From the IMG/VR virus record IMGVR_UViG_3300046169_000098: 64,000 nucleotides of DNA; one strand, 5' to 3'. Of the stretch, positions 27,083 to 39,243 are shown piece by piece; position 1 is the stretch's first letter; each line of letters begins with the position of its first letter. This DNA comes from an uncultured virus (IMG/VR IMGVR_UViG_3300046169_000098) (lineage: Duplodnaviria; Heunggongvirae; Uroviricota; Caudoviricetes). Made by a program: the position numbers and the translations under genes. The notes below the pieces were generated by a model that saw nothing but the letters and a program-made list of their open reading frames with translations, had not been told where the DNA came from and searched no databases.

Positions 27083-30000
27083 TTATGACTTTATTTTTAT
27101 CATAGGTTTTATATCATAAGAGTAGCCTAATCTTTTATTATATATCAACCTAAAATTCATTGGCTTTTGGACGTGATTTCTATATGCGAAATTATTTCTA
27201 TCAATTGTAAATCCATCAGAATCTAATTGATCAATAGTCACCGCACTAATTATCTTTGAGCCTTTGCCTTTTTTCTGTTTAACGTATAACATAATAGAAT
27301 CTAAAATATAAGTTTCTACTAAATTATTTTCTGCATACATTAATGCATCATCATTAAGTGTTTCTTTATTACCAGCAGAATTCGACGGTTCAACATATTG
27401 AGATATGCTGGCCAATACGCCTTCTTTGGCTAACTTAGTAATTAAAGTATCTGTTATGTAAAAATCTGCCATTACATAGTTTTTATTTTCAAATAAAACT
27501 ATATCAGTTGAATTTTCACTGTTTCTTAATATTTCATCTAGCTCTTCTTCTGAAGAAACATATGAAGCACTAAAGTCTAGTAGATTATAAGAATCCTTTG
27601 GCTTCATTACAGTCGATGCTAGATATGATCTTTCTTCATGAGTATCGAGTGTTCCCGGAATATTTATAGAATTACCGCCATCTAGCGATCTAGTATAATA
27701 ATTAGAATCCCAAGAAGATCTAAATACATTAATATCTTTTTTATCGATTGCTATTTCCCCAATTAATGGATAAAGCGGTAACTTATCACTAGTGCCCGAT
27801 AATTTAGTTACACCACCTGGGTTTATTTCATTTACTTTATGATAAAAATGATTTTTTATTAATCCCCATTGAGAATCGTGTGTACCATCATCACTTATAA
27901 ATCCTAAATTAAATGATATACCACACTTATTATATCTCTTATAATATGCTGCCGCTCTATTGAATTCATCTAAGTCTAAAAGCGAGTGCTTATATAATTG
28001 TTGCTCGAAATTTAATTCGTTTAAGTTTGAGGTTAAATGTAACCTATTAACCTTAAAGTGTGAATATAAATCTGTAAATGTAACTACAGGTTTCATGTCC
28101 ACCGTATACTTACCATTGTGTCTAATTAAAAATGGGTAATACTCAGGAGACATTGATAATTTATAACCAATATTACCTTTAAACAATTTGAAACTTTTAG
28201 GTTTATCGGTATCTTCTTCAATAGTTAAATTAGATCTTTGTATTATTTCAGTACCGTCACTAAAATTGATAACAAATCTATTATTAAGAATAGTACCGTC
28301 AGATTCTACAGTTGTGTATGTAACTTCATTGTTGTTTAAGTTAACTAAATCAGCAACTGATTTTGCTGTTAACCTCTCTAAAATTATTTTATGAGCATTT
28401 GCTCCTCCACCAACATACGTATATTGCGCACCGCCTTGAATAGAGTTAGGCAAGAATTCAATGTCTAATACATCTGTTTCGTCAGCGATGTTAACAGGTT
28501 TCCCAGATATTTTTAATGAATTATCAGAATCTACTGAAACAACAGAAACTTTGTAAATAGAATTATTATCATCTGTAGGGAACAAATCTATATGAATATC
28601 TCCATATAAACCATTTTCACCTAACGTAATTTGAGAATCGAATTCAGGTAATGTGCCATTAATGTGTTGAATTCCAGGGATTGTGTATGGTCCTTCATCT
28701 GACCAATTAATACTTGGATCATTGAATTTCAATGCACCGTTAAATTTAGTATCTGCATATGTAAAGTCATTGGCATCTGCATCAAAAACAATTTTATGAT
28801 TTAATTCATACAATAGTTTTCTATTAACATTACCATCAATCCAATAATCACCTAAGTCAAGTGTAATATACAATATTACAAACTTAAATTGTTTATTTTG
28901 AATAACTTCATATGATATACCATTTGTTTCAGCGTCTTCATTAACTTTAAGCATTACACTAAACTTGTATCCATTAAACTCGCTACTTTTAACAAATTCG
29001 TTTGCTGTAGAATTAATAAATTCCTTTCTATTCTTAAAATCTACTTTAATACCCTTAAAAACGGTACTAGCAAATGTAAGGTTATTACCACCATCTACTA
29101 AAGAATATTTTTTCTTTAAGTTTGTTTTAATGAAAGAAGTAATGCTATTTTCTAGTGAATTTATTTCAGAATCACCAGGTAATATATCTTCATATATTTC
29201 AACTAAATCTTCTTCAGTTAAAGTCTTTTCAAAACCGTCACTGATCATGAACATGTCGAAATAATTATATGTTGTGCTTTTAAATAAATTAGGACTTAAA
29301 TCAAAGCCATCAATAAAGTTAATGTAACTAAACGTTTCATTTAGCTGATTGTACTTTAAATACTTAGGTGGTTTTTCAATATAGAACCACTCATGTGTCA
29401 TGGCTTCTCTATCTCTTTCAGATATTGTTAAATCCGGAGAGAAATTAGTTCTACCAAATGCTTCGTTTGCATTTAAATAATATGGCTGTTCTCTTACGGT
29501 GACAGAATCTTTAAGCACCCACTTATTAATGTTAGGTACTATTCTAGAATTAGTAGCATATTCTTTTAAACTATTTTCTTTAAGTCTATCGAATTCAGAA
29601 GTAATTTGTTCATCTTCTTCCTCGTCTATTGATTCTTCTAAAAGAATCTGAGATAGATTTGAAAAATAATCAATTGGATTTAATTCAAAATCTTCACTAA
29701 AAATATCTCTAGCTCCTAAAATTGTAGTTTCAATTCCTGTTGTTTCATCAATGTTATTAATAGCATTAATATATGGCTCATAGTCTATTTCTTCTTGAGT
29801 TTCATAGATTAGTTCTTTAATATCAGAATTAGATGTATCGTAAAAATCAACATTCATATCATATATGTCATATGCTGAAAACAAACCTAATCTTACTTCA
29901 TTTTCATAATAAACCTTACTATTACCAGTTTCTAAATCATTTTTATCCTCTAAAATAACTTTACTAAATTCAGAATTCTCAGTGTTAATATCCTCGACAA

Positions 30001-33000
30001 TATCGATTACTTTATTATAAACACCTTTGTATCTTGTTTCTATAAAGTCATTTATGTTTATCTCGCTAACAGTTTCGTTGTTTACTAATATTGCCTTTCC
30101 TGGTGCATTTCCACCTGACAAGTAATATGAGTCATATCTTTCTAAAATAGCTTGACCAGGCAATAAATCTATGTTTTGCCTTAGATCTAATCTATTGAAA
30201 TCATCTTTATTTGAAAGCGTTAAGAAATCATTGACGTTTCCTTTTCCTAAAAGAACACACGATTGTAATAATTCATATCCAGAAATAGAACTAACTACAT
30301 AAACAGATGAACCTACATTATAAGAACTAAATTGAGTTTCGTTACTATCTATACATGCAGATAATGCAACAGCAATATCAGTGGTGGTACCTTGATTAGA
30401 ATATCTTTGGCCGTTAAATGTTCCAGCGTCTAATTGAGACTCTGCCATATAAACGTGGTTTCCAAGATCTAAGTTAGTTTGTATTTTGTCATTTCTAACA
30501 ATACAATTTCCTTGTGAAATAACTCTTAGATTTAAATCTCCTAAGTTTGCATTTTTTTCTGTTAAATAGAATGCATTATTATTGACATCTACTGTAACTT
30601 CAAAAATATCTTTAAACAAAGCAACGTCTTGTAAAAGACCTGGATCTACTGGATCCAAATCATATGTTAAAGAATTTTCAATAGTATTTTCAATAGTTTT
30701 AAGTGTGTTAATTACATCAGCTTCGACTTCTACACTAAATGTCTTTGGATTATCTGGATCCATTGGATCGTCAATTCCAAATTTTAATATTTCACCTTCA
30801 ACATGTTTAATAAATGTAAATTTACTTGCTTCCTCTTTAATTGCAGTAATCGCCAGTGAATCATTAGTGTATGGCGTATCAATTACATCTAATCTAATAA
30901 AGTCATAACCATGATCATTGTTTTCAACCAGATCAATAGACCTTTCAGTATCTTGAACGCCTAAGTATGTAGAGATTTGATTTCCACTATCTTCTATTGC
31001 AACCTTTAATTCTTTCTCGTTGTAATACGTATTGTTAGATATGTTAAAGTATTTATTACCAACAGTAGCATACGCCAACATAGGAGATGTTGTAACTTGT
31101 TTGTAAGAAGGAATAGCTGTTTCTGGAGAAGTCTCATCTACCAAAGAGGTTAGCTCTTTAAAATGGTGTATTTTACCATTTATTGTAAATACTCTACCGT
31201 AACCAGAATCTATATCGTCAACGAATAGACCAAAATATCTATTAACACTATAATCTTGTGCTAAGTCATCGTTAAATAAAAATTCTAAATTTATTAAGTT
31301 TGCTGAAGCTATTTCATTTCTTCTAAATGCATCGGTAATATAATCATTTGCCTCAATCAATGGCTTATCAGTCAGAATGTAATCTTTGTATAAATATTCA
31401 CCTTTTCTTGTAAAACCACCTTTGATTAAATCTATTCCATTGAAGCTAGATTTTTCAGATTTTTCAAAGTTAACTGTGATCGGTGCAATTGGGAAAGTTT
31501 CATCTTGTACATGATTTCTTAAATAATTACCGATATTAGAGTCTCTTGTTAAATCAAACGTTTTTATTATTTCAGCGTTGCTAAGTAAACTTTGAATTCT
31601 TTTAAAATTATCACTAGCATTATCTTTTAAATCTAAAGAACCTACTGGATCATTTACTCTGTATATTACAAATTTCTTTGGAATGTTTGTATCTAACCAA
31701 ATAGGTGCAAATATTCTAAAATCCTCATTGTGTAATTTAGAAAAATTGTAATTAGTTCCGTATTGATATGATTCTTCAATTTGTTTTTCGTAACTATCTA
31801 AAACAGTAATGTCGCTATAATCTCTTTTTGTTTGAAACATTAGCTCATTAGGTGTCATATTAACATTATAGAATCTTGCAACATCAAATGCATATTTACC
31901 TTCAGGGCTTATGGGAAACTTTTTATACTCTATAGCAGCAAGTTCCTTACTAGCACTTATACTTTCTAAATATAATTTATCATCTTCACTAACTACAAGT
32001 TTTACGTTTGTTGTTAGTTTAGGATTTGTTCTTAGTAACGGTCTAGAAACATTATCTAATTTGTAATTTGATTCTAAATCAAAATTTGGACCCAATGCAT
32101 TTATAACTGCATCATCTACTAGAGGAAAATTGTAAATGTAATCTGGAGTTGCTTCATTTCTACAACCCCTACAACCAGTACCATTGTCTTGATATATTTT
32201 AGCCTCTTGTTGACTAGCAAATCCTAGATCTATTGGATTTACAGAATTTATATTAATGTCAGGTCTATTATATCCAGAATCTTTTAATGAATCTAGTGCT
32301 TTTTCTATAGTCTCTGAGTATATTGTATGTATAAATTTAACACACGAGTATCCCTCAACACCAATAATTGGATTTGCTATATTTTCTTTTACATCTTCTA
32401 TAAAATCTTTTATATAACTTTCGCCTACATCTAATATTTGATCTTGATCTCTGTCAATGTCATATCCTGCATCTATTACATAGATTTTCCAATAATTAGA
32501 AGATGTTCCAAGTAAATTATCTTGTTGCTCGAATGCTTCACATGCATAAAAAGCATAATACACATTAGTATCGTTAATGCCTTGTGTGTTATCAATTACA
32601 ATAGGTAAATTTAGATAATCTAAATCTGGCTTTGTATATTGTGCACAATCGCCAGCTCTAGTAATTTGAGATCCTTTTACAAATTGGTTCTGAGAATTAA
32701 ATCCATACCAATCGTATTCAAATCCATCACCCTCATTATTCCAAACAAAATACTCTCCAGCGTCTGCAGAATAAACTCCACTAGGAGCTAAATCCTCTAT
32801 TAGATTATTATCAGCACCTTCTTGTGAAGAAAATATTTCAAGCTTTCTTTGGGCAATTTCTAATAAAGAAATACTATTTGCTGGCGCACCGTTAACATAA
32901 GGCAGTCTATAATAAATATCTACAACAGAAGAATCAGTGTTACATAATTTATCAGCTGTCTCAGAATACGAGACTGTATTTATAGAATATGTAGAATATT

Positions 33001-35377
33001 GTGTCGGTTCTGGACAACTAAATTGTTGTGAGCCACCTTCAAATACCCAAGTATTATCAGCACCTCTTTTATAATAATTTATAGGCTCAGTCTCTGCCTG
33101 ATATAAACCAGTTGGAATTAATCCATCTAATTCTGAATTTAATCCGTTTTGATATAAATTAGCCCAATAAGAACTAACGAATAACGGTATATTTTCAATA
33201 ACAGCGGTTTGTAAAGTCTTTACAACTGCATTATTGTTACCTGCAGGCTCGCCATAATAAATATTTACTATTTCACCACCTAAGTCATTACACAATACAC
33301 TTTCAGATCCAGAATATCTAACTTTAATTTCTTCGAATAAGAAGCTAGAAACGTCACACTGAGAAATACTTAATATTTCACCAGATGAACTTAATTCAAG
33401 TACTCTAGTTAATCCTAGTGATTCTACCCTAGCGTATCTAGCTACATTGTCAGAAGAGTATAAGTTATTTAACGATTGATCTGTGTAAATTTTATCACCA
33501 ACTTCAAGGCCTGATAATGTTGTTGCCTCAGAAGTAGCTCCGTATTTAACACTAAGCGTATCGGAAAGACACGCGTCGTCGGTGTTACTGAAAAATCCTG
33601 TCGATTGAAATTCCCAATACGGCGGTAATTCAATATTAATCGTAAGCAGCCAATCGGTGGCTCCACCTTCAGAATCAGTTGCTGTTATTGTTAAAAAATC
33701 TACACCAGATTCTCCGTTCGTTGGCGTATAAGAAACTGTTTTATTGGCAGTGTCTATTGTTGCTGTACCTTTAGTTGGACTTGAAGATATTGTAAACGTT
33801 ATAGAGTGTCCATCCGCATCTGTTGCATTGTACGAAATAGTACTAGGTTCGGTAGCGTTTAGTGTTGTTGCTAAAGAAGTAGGAGTACTATTGAATACTG
33901 GCAGTTGATTACTAGCTGCTGTAACATTAATTGTAACTTCACCAGTTGACGTGTTTCCAGCAGTATCTACTACTTGATATGTAAACTTTTGTACTTTATT
34001 ACCGTCATTATATGTCAACGATGGAGCTACATATGTAACATTTCCAGAACCATCAATTCCACTTAATGAAGCACCTGATATAGTAGGATCTAAATTACCT
34101 ACTGTCCAAGTTAGTTCAGAATCGAGATCTCCATCTGTAACTAAATCATAAAGGCTTATAGTTGTAGTGCTACCCTGATTAACTGTTACAGTATCGTCGT
34201 TGGCAATTGGGGCAGAATCACCATCAATAGTTACATCACATGTAATAGTACCAGAGTTATCGTAGCCAGCTGGCACGTTAATAACTACACTATACGTTGA
34301 TGTGCCGGGTTGAATAATAGGAGGAGTAATACTATTAAATGTACCACCGTTGCTAATTGTTATAAGACCAGTATCTATAGTTGTACCAACTGAAAGTCCA
34401 TTCAACTGACTTGCATCCACTGCGGCTAGTGCACATGTAAATGTAGGGGTAGTTGTGCCCGTTGCTGTATTTGAACATGATGTTATGTTAGTGCCAGCAT
34501 TTTGGTATCCGACTGGGATTTGAATGGTTGCAGTATACGTTGCAGACCCTTCAACATAATCAGTAGGCGACACACTTACTAAAGTACCTGCATCAACGGT
34601 AGCATCAACTCCTATTTGAATTGTTTCACCTGTTTCACCATCATTAACTTGGAAGTTAGCATCTGTACATTCAAATGTGGGTAGAGGATTTGCTAATATT
34701 TCAACAGTTGCCTCATTTGGCGCAGGAACGGTTATATTACCGCCGCTACCGTCACTTATTGACATGTCACTGAATGTAAAAGCTAAAGTTTCATCAGCGT
34801 TTTCATTGTCAGTTGTTATTGTAAATTGTAAACTACCCTCAAGTTGTACTGAGCCGGCAACAGGACTGTTTAGTGTAATATTTCCAGCCCCAGAAGTTAA
34901 ACTAGTATCTGCGAGTACTGCATCTCCAGAACCGCCTGAACCGCCTAGTAACCATGATAAATCTTGACCACCTAGTGCTTCATTTGTAATTACATTTACA
35001 CGTAAAGTCACCGCGTCACCTTCTGATACCTCAGTAACAGGGGCACCACCGACTTCGAACGTTAAATTCCAAACAGGTGACGTACATAAAGCATAAGAGC
35101 TGTTGGTTTCACCATTTGGTTTAATTTCAATCGTCGCGTGTAATTCAGCGCCATTATATTTTTGAATACTAAAAACCTCTTCGGTATTAGTCGATGAAAA
35201 GGTCCATTGGTTTGCTAGACCGTCGTCCGTATATAATTGTACTGGTGAATCGGCCTCTAAATCGAGATTATTTGCGTGCCATAGTTCTAAAGGTGTACCA
35301 CTTCTGTCATAATCACATGCGTTAGCACCTGTTAAGTGACCCGATGTAGTATCAAATATGATTAATTTTATTGCCAT
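27083..35377 (-). CDS. giant virion structural protein, 2764 aa, with N-terminal Ig/cadherin-like and Cys-bracketed repeats
   Basis: Uninterrupted ORF; VSEGD (Calx-beta-like), APIANDD...FTYQV.D and ATDADG...YTP (cadherin/Big-like) domains; C-terminal region begins LLRTNPKLTTNVKL. Confidence 0.75.
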   Translation of the reverse strand: MAIKLIIFDTTSGHLTGANACDYDRSGTPLELWHANNLDLEADSPVQLYTDDGLANQWTFSSTNTEEVFSIQKYNGAELHATIEIKPNGETNSSYALCTSPVWNLTFEVGGAPVTEVSEGDAVTLRVNVITNEALGGQDLSWLLGGSGGSGDAVLADTSLTSGAGNITLNSPVAGSVQLEGSLQFTITTDNENADETLAFTFSDMSISDGSGGNITVPAPNEATVEILANPLPTFECTDANFQVNDGETGETIQIGVDATVDAGTLVSVSPTDYVEGSATYTATIQIPVGYQNAGTNITSCSNTATGTTTPTFTCALAAVDASQLNGLSVGTTIDTGLITISNGGTFNSITPPIIQPGTSTYSVVINVPAGYDNSGTITCDVTIDGDSAPIANDDTVTVNQGSTTTISLYDLVTDGDLDSELTWTVGNLDPTISGASLSGIDGSGNVTYVAPSLTYNDGNKVQKFTYQVVDTAGNTSTGEVTINVTAASNQLPVFNSTPTSLATTLNATEPSTISYNATDADGHSITFTISSSPTKGTATIDTANKTVSYTPTNGESGVDFLTITATDSEGGATDWLLTINIELPPYWEFQSTGFFSNTDDACLSDTLSVKYGATSEATTLSGLEVGDKIYTDQSLNNLYSSDNVARYARVESLGLTRVLELSSSGEILSISQCDVSSFLFEEIKVRYSGSESVLCNDLGGEIVNIYYGEPAGNNNAVVKTLQTAVIENIPLFVSSYWANLYQNGLNSELDGLIPTGLYQAETEPINYYKRGADNTWVFEGGSQQFSCPEPTQYSTYSINTVSYSETADKLCNTDSSVVDIYYRLPYVNGAPANSISLLEIAQRKLEIFSSQEGADNNLIEDLAPSGVYSADAGEYFVWNNEGDGFEYDWYGFNSQNQFVKGSQITRAGDCAQYTKPDLDYLNLPIVIDNTQGINDTNVYYAFYACEAFEQQDNLLGTSSNYWKIYVIDAGYDIDRDQDQILDVGESYIKDFIEDVKENIANPIIGVEGYSCVKFIHTIYSETIEKALDSLKDSGYNRPDININSVNPIDLGFASQQEAKIYQDNGTGCRGCRNEATPDYIYNFPLVDDAVINALGPNFDLESNYKLDNVSRPLLRTNPKLTTNVKLVVSEDDKLYLESISASKELAAIEYKKFPISPEGKYAFDVARFYNVNMTPNELMFQTKRDYSDITVLDSYEKQIEESYQYGTNYNFSKLHNEDFRIFAPIWLDTNIPKKFVIYRVNDPVGSLDLKDNASDNFKRIQSLLSNAEIIKTFDLTRDSNIGNYLRNHVQDETFPIAPITVNFEKSEKSSFNGIDLIKGGFTRKGEYLYKDYILTDKPLIEANDYITDAFRRNEIASANLINLEFLFNDDLAQDYSVNRYFGLFVDDIDSGYGRVFTINGKIHHFKELTSLVDETSPETAIPSYKQVTTSPMLAYATVGNKYFNISNNTYYNEKELKVAIEDSGNQISTYLGVQDTERSIDLVENNDHGYDFIRLDVIDTPYTNDSLAITAIKEEASKFTFIKHVEGEILKFGIDDPMDPDNPKTFSVEVEADVINTLKTIENTIENSLTYDLDPVDPGLLQDVALFKDIFEVTVDVNNNAFYLTEKNANLGDLNLRVISQGNCIVRNDKIQTNLDLGNHVYMAESQLDAGTFNGQRYSNQGTTTDIAVALSACIDSNETQFSSYNVGSSVYVVSSISGYELLQSCVLLGKGNVNDFLTLSNKDDFNRLDLRQNIDLLPGQAILERYDSYYLSGGNAPGKAILVNNETVSEININDFIETRYKGVYNKVIDIVEDINTENSEFSKVILEDKNDLETGNSKVYYENEVRLGLFSAYDIYDMNVDFYDTSNSDIKELIYETQEEIDYEPYINAINNIDETTGIETTILGARDIFSEDFELNPIDYFSNLSQILLEESIDEEEDEQITSEFDRLKENSLKEYATNSRIVPNINKWVLKDSVTVREQPYYLNANEAFGRTNFSPDLTISERDREAMTHEWFYIEKPPKYLKYNQLNETFSYINFIDGFDLSPNLFKSTTYNYFDMFMISDGFEKTLTEEDLVEIYEDILPGDSEINSLENSITSFIKTNLKKKYSLVDGGNNLTFASTVFKGIKVDFKNRKEFINSTANEFVKSSEFNGYKFSVMLKVNEDAETNGISYEVIQNKQFKFVILYITLDLGDYWIDGNVNRKLLYELNHKIVFDADANDFTYADTKFNGALKFNDPSINWSDEGPYTIPGIQHINGTLPEFDSQITLGENGLYGDIHIDLFPTDDNNSIYKVSVVSVDSDNSLKISGKPVNIADETDVLDIEFLPNSIQGGAQYTYVGGGANAHKIILERLTAKSVADLVNLNNNEVTYTTVESDGTILNNRFVINFSDGTEIIQRSNLTIEEDTDKPKSFKLFKGNIGYKLSMSPEYYPFLIRHNGKYTVDMKPVVTFTDLYSHFKVNRLHLTSNLNELNFEQQLYKHSLLDLDEFNRAAAYYKRYNKCGISFNLGFISDDGTHDSQWGLIKNHFYHKVNEINPGGVTKLSGTSDKLPLYPLIGEIAIDKKDINVFRSSWDSNYYTRSLDGGNSINIPGTLDTHEERSYLASTVMKPKDSYNLLDFSASYVSSEEELDEILRNSENSTDIVLFENKNYVMADFYITDTLITKLAKEGVLASISQYVEPSNSAGNKETLNDDALMYAENNLVETYILDSIMLYVKQKKGKGSKIISAVTIDQLDSDGFTIDRNNFAYRNHVQKPMNFRLIYNKRLGYSYDIKPMIKIKS

Positions 35378-35461
35378 TCTACTGCGCTAATTGTTTTATT
35401 AATAGAGTACTAACTACTTTCTCTATTATATATCTAACACAATACGAGTAGCTTTTTCATA

Positions 35462-38400
35462 TTACCTTACAGAATACCCTTTAAAGTCAAACATTCTTCT
35501 ATCAACTGCTGGAGAAGTGAAACTAGGTACGTTTCTAACTAATTGTGCAGCTCTAATAGAATTTAAGTTTTTACCTTTTGCACTGTATTTAGCAAACACC
35601 TCTAAGTCAAATGTAAATTGATTTTCATACTTATCAAATATATCAAATCCTATCTTTTTAGTGTAAGTTAAGTTAGGGAAAGTTAATTTAGCCTGACCTC
35701 CAATTCTACCTCTGTCAGATTCTGCATCATTTCCAAAGTAATCTGTCATTCTATATTGGAATACGATGTCAACTGAAAGAGCATTAGAATTATCTAATCC
35801 TGATTTATCTCTACCCTTAATAGATCTTCTAGATTGCTTAGTTTCTCCATCAACTGAAAGAGTTGATAAATTAATTGGAGACATAAATAAGAATGATCCA
35901 CATGATCTACCTCCTAATAAGAATTGATCATTAGAATCAAACGACATTTTAAATGATCTGTTAAGAGGAATGATTTGCGAAGAATTATTTTCAGTATCTT
36001 GATATGCAAGTTGTTGCTTAGACTTGATATTGTTAACGTTAATAAAGCTAGCACCAAAAGATCCGACAGATCTAAATGATTTACCAGAAACAAAGGTTGC
36101 TGTTATTGGCATTGTGTGTGTTGCTTGATTAACTAATGCTTGTAAGCTTGTTTTTTGTTCAGCTTCTGAATATGCACCTTCAGTCCAGTTAGCATATAGA
36201 TTTTCTAAATCTGGGTGGTCCTTGTGCATATAAAGACCCGTGTTGTATGCTGCTGCACCTATACTACCAACAGAACAAACATCGACCATACTTTGGCTAA
36301 AGTCTGCAGTTAGGCTAGTCGCGTTATTGGCAACACCAAACGTTCCAGTCCAAATAAAATCATTAGTTTCTCCATCACCAGTTGGTGTAATTAAATCAAT
36401 ACTACCTGCGTCTGCCATAAAATTAGCATAACTTAGAGTGTACTCGTAGTTAGTTAAACTTGCAGATGCTCCGTCAATTAGAGACTCAGTAACATATAAT
36501 GGGTTTTGATTACCAATATCCATATATCTAGAGTAAATAAATTGACCTCTTCTTTGTGCCGATTGATAAGGAGCTTCTAATAATAAATCATAAGATCCAA
36601 TTTGTGTTGCAGAAATATTTTGATATTGGATCGGCGCTAAATCATATTTACCCTGAGTCGTGTAATATGTATCGTCTTGTACTTTAGTGTCAATACCAGT
36701 ACCACCTTGATCGTTTAATGCAGGACCAAATCCATTATTATGAATACTAGAACCACTAGAAGAAGATTTGTGAGCAGGCTCGTTTCTATCGCCAGTCAAT
36801 CTAGCTACTAATTCTAATTGTGTAGCCTTTTGTGTTTTCTAACTAGCAGTTTAAATGTCTTAGTAACAATGTGACCCTTTTTAATAGAAAGTTCAGCAAC
36901 CTCATCAACATAATAACCAGCAAATATTTGGTTTACTGTGTTGTTTTGCATAACAGAAACTGTACCATCCTCTGATCTTAGTGTTACTACTAATTCTCCA
37001 ACCTCAGCTTCGATACCTTCTTTAAGTGCAGCTATTTGAGCTTCTAGTGCAATTAGCTTTATCAAATACCGAAATAGGTTTTTGTTCATCTGATAAGAAA
37101 CCAGATGCAATTGAAGATGCATTATGTGCATAGAACTTTTTCGTTAGACACAAAGCTTTCGTCTACGTGTGTAAATACACCCTTAGAAGTTAACTCATCT
37201 GATATTTTAACAGATGCAACCTCAGCTAAGTTTTTCTCAACTAGTGCATCTAAATCAGTAGTGTCTATTTCAGCTTCTGGGAAATCAATAGTTATTGACT
37301 CTGACCAATCAGAATATATTGGGTTTGCAGGGTAACCTGCTTCAGAGATAGATCTTACTCTAATTTCTACTAATTCATTTTGGTTAATAGCAATATCAAG
37401 TTGGTTAAAATTGATTTCTTGTGCATCTTCTACTAAAGATTCTTTCCACTCAAACCTTCTTGCTAATTTTGGATTTCCAACATTTTCAACTTTACCTCTT
37501 GATCTAACCTTAGTTTTAATTTCATTCCAATTTGAGAATACCGCAGTTTTCTCTCTAGTACCATCTGTAAATGGCAATTGTGAAACTTCACTTGATTTAC
37601 CATTAGTTGATAAGTATCTATATTGTACAGCGAACTGAATAACCTTTTGATCAACAGTGTCTGCAACTTTCTTAGGAGCTGGCACTGCCCAAAATCCTCT
37701 AACTCTAAATTTAGGCGTAATGTTAGTTGCGTTAGTACTTGAAGCCAACGATTGAATTTGATTGACCAAACTATTGTAAAGTTTAGTTTCACTAGCTCTT
37801 TCGTCTATTAATGAGTTAAGCTCACTTTTATCTTTATCTCTCTGTACTTCAGATTCATATTTCTTAGTAGAAATTTCAGTTCTTTTCTTAGAAATAGTAT
37901 CATCTAGCTTCTTAATTGTTTCTTCAACAGTAGTTTTATCTGCAGAGAACTTCTTAATCTTATCAGATGCGTCATTCTTAGTCAGGTGTCTGTTAATTTG
38001 AACAACCTTAAAGTTACTGTTGTTCAGGATTGGCGCGTCTGGTGTTACTCCCACAGTTGCTGGTGGAATTGCGTCATCCTTAAGTGCCTTAATATATTGA
38101 CCAAAGTCGGCTACATTTTCTTTGTAATAATCATCTAATCTAATAAACGTGCCATCTTCTTGTAAAAGTGTTAATTCATTAGTATATAGACCCACACCAG
38201 GTGACCATTTTTCAGCCAACATATTAGATTCTGGGTCAATAGCTTTAATAAACACTAATATTCTTTCATTAAATCCGCAATTAACTTGAACAGATAATTC
38301 AGAATTTGTATATTTGTATATTGATAAAACGTCAGCACCTATTTTAAGAGCTTCGTATCCCTCTACTAATTCTAGTTCTAACTGTCTTGTAGAGCCATCT

Positions 38401-39242
38401 ATTTTTGTAACTTTATATCTAGTGTTTTTATTACCACTATTTAGCATTAATTCATCACCAGTTTTAAGCAGTTCAGTATCGTCTAAATCTTTCAAGTTAT
38501 CAGAATATGTTAACTTGTCTACTGTGATTAATTTTACAGATTTTTTCTTAGTTACACCACCTACGACAACTTCTTTCTTCATAGTGTCAATTGACGTAAT
38601 ATCGAATTTACCGCCATATTGACTATTTCTAAATGGTAAATCTCTGACTTCTTCGTCAAGAGTGTATGATAAGTTGTTGTTAACAATGTCTCTAATAACT
38701 GTAAAATAATCTAAACCTTCAGTATTCTTAAAGTTGCTTTTAAAGTACTCAACTGTAACATCACTTGTTGCATCAAAAATAATTCTTTTAATTAAAACTC
38801 TTTCTGTGTCATTAGGTATTTGTCCAGTTACATCTAACTTTGTAGTCAATAATGGGTTTAAAAAGTCTTCAAAGAAATAATTGCTTTTTGTAGAAAATCT
38901 TTCTGGTCTTACTAGACTATTAATATCATTTGCAGGTGTCTTTAAGGTAGATGTGAGAATATTTTGGTAACTTCCATCTGATAGTTTAATCTTAGTGTTT
39001 CCTTTGCCTAATCCCGAAAGTGCCTTTAAATTTGTATCTAACCTTTCTAACTCACGTTTCATATAACCAAACGCAGGGACATATACTGTCTTAGTAGTTC
39101 CTTCGGCTGTTAAAATTTCTAATGGAACATCTTTAGTTTCAGTAGTTATAGCCTCATTAATTCTTTCATATATCTTTAAAGAATTAGCATTGATTTCAAG
39201 AAGCTTCTTGAGCGTGTTAGAAAGTGAGTTGTTAGTATTCAT
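35462..39242 (-). CDS. large virion/baseplate structural protein, about 1260 aa, split by about four +1 insertions (36830-37140)
   Basis: ORFs 37122..39242, 36814..37131 and 35462..36799 join (…EKFYAHNASSIASGFLSDEQKPISVFDKLIALEAQ…ENTKATQLELVARLTGDR…). Confidence 0.6.
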
Positions 39243-39243
39243 A

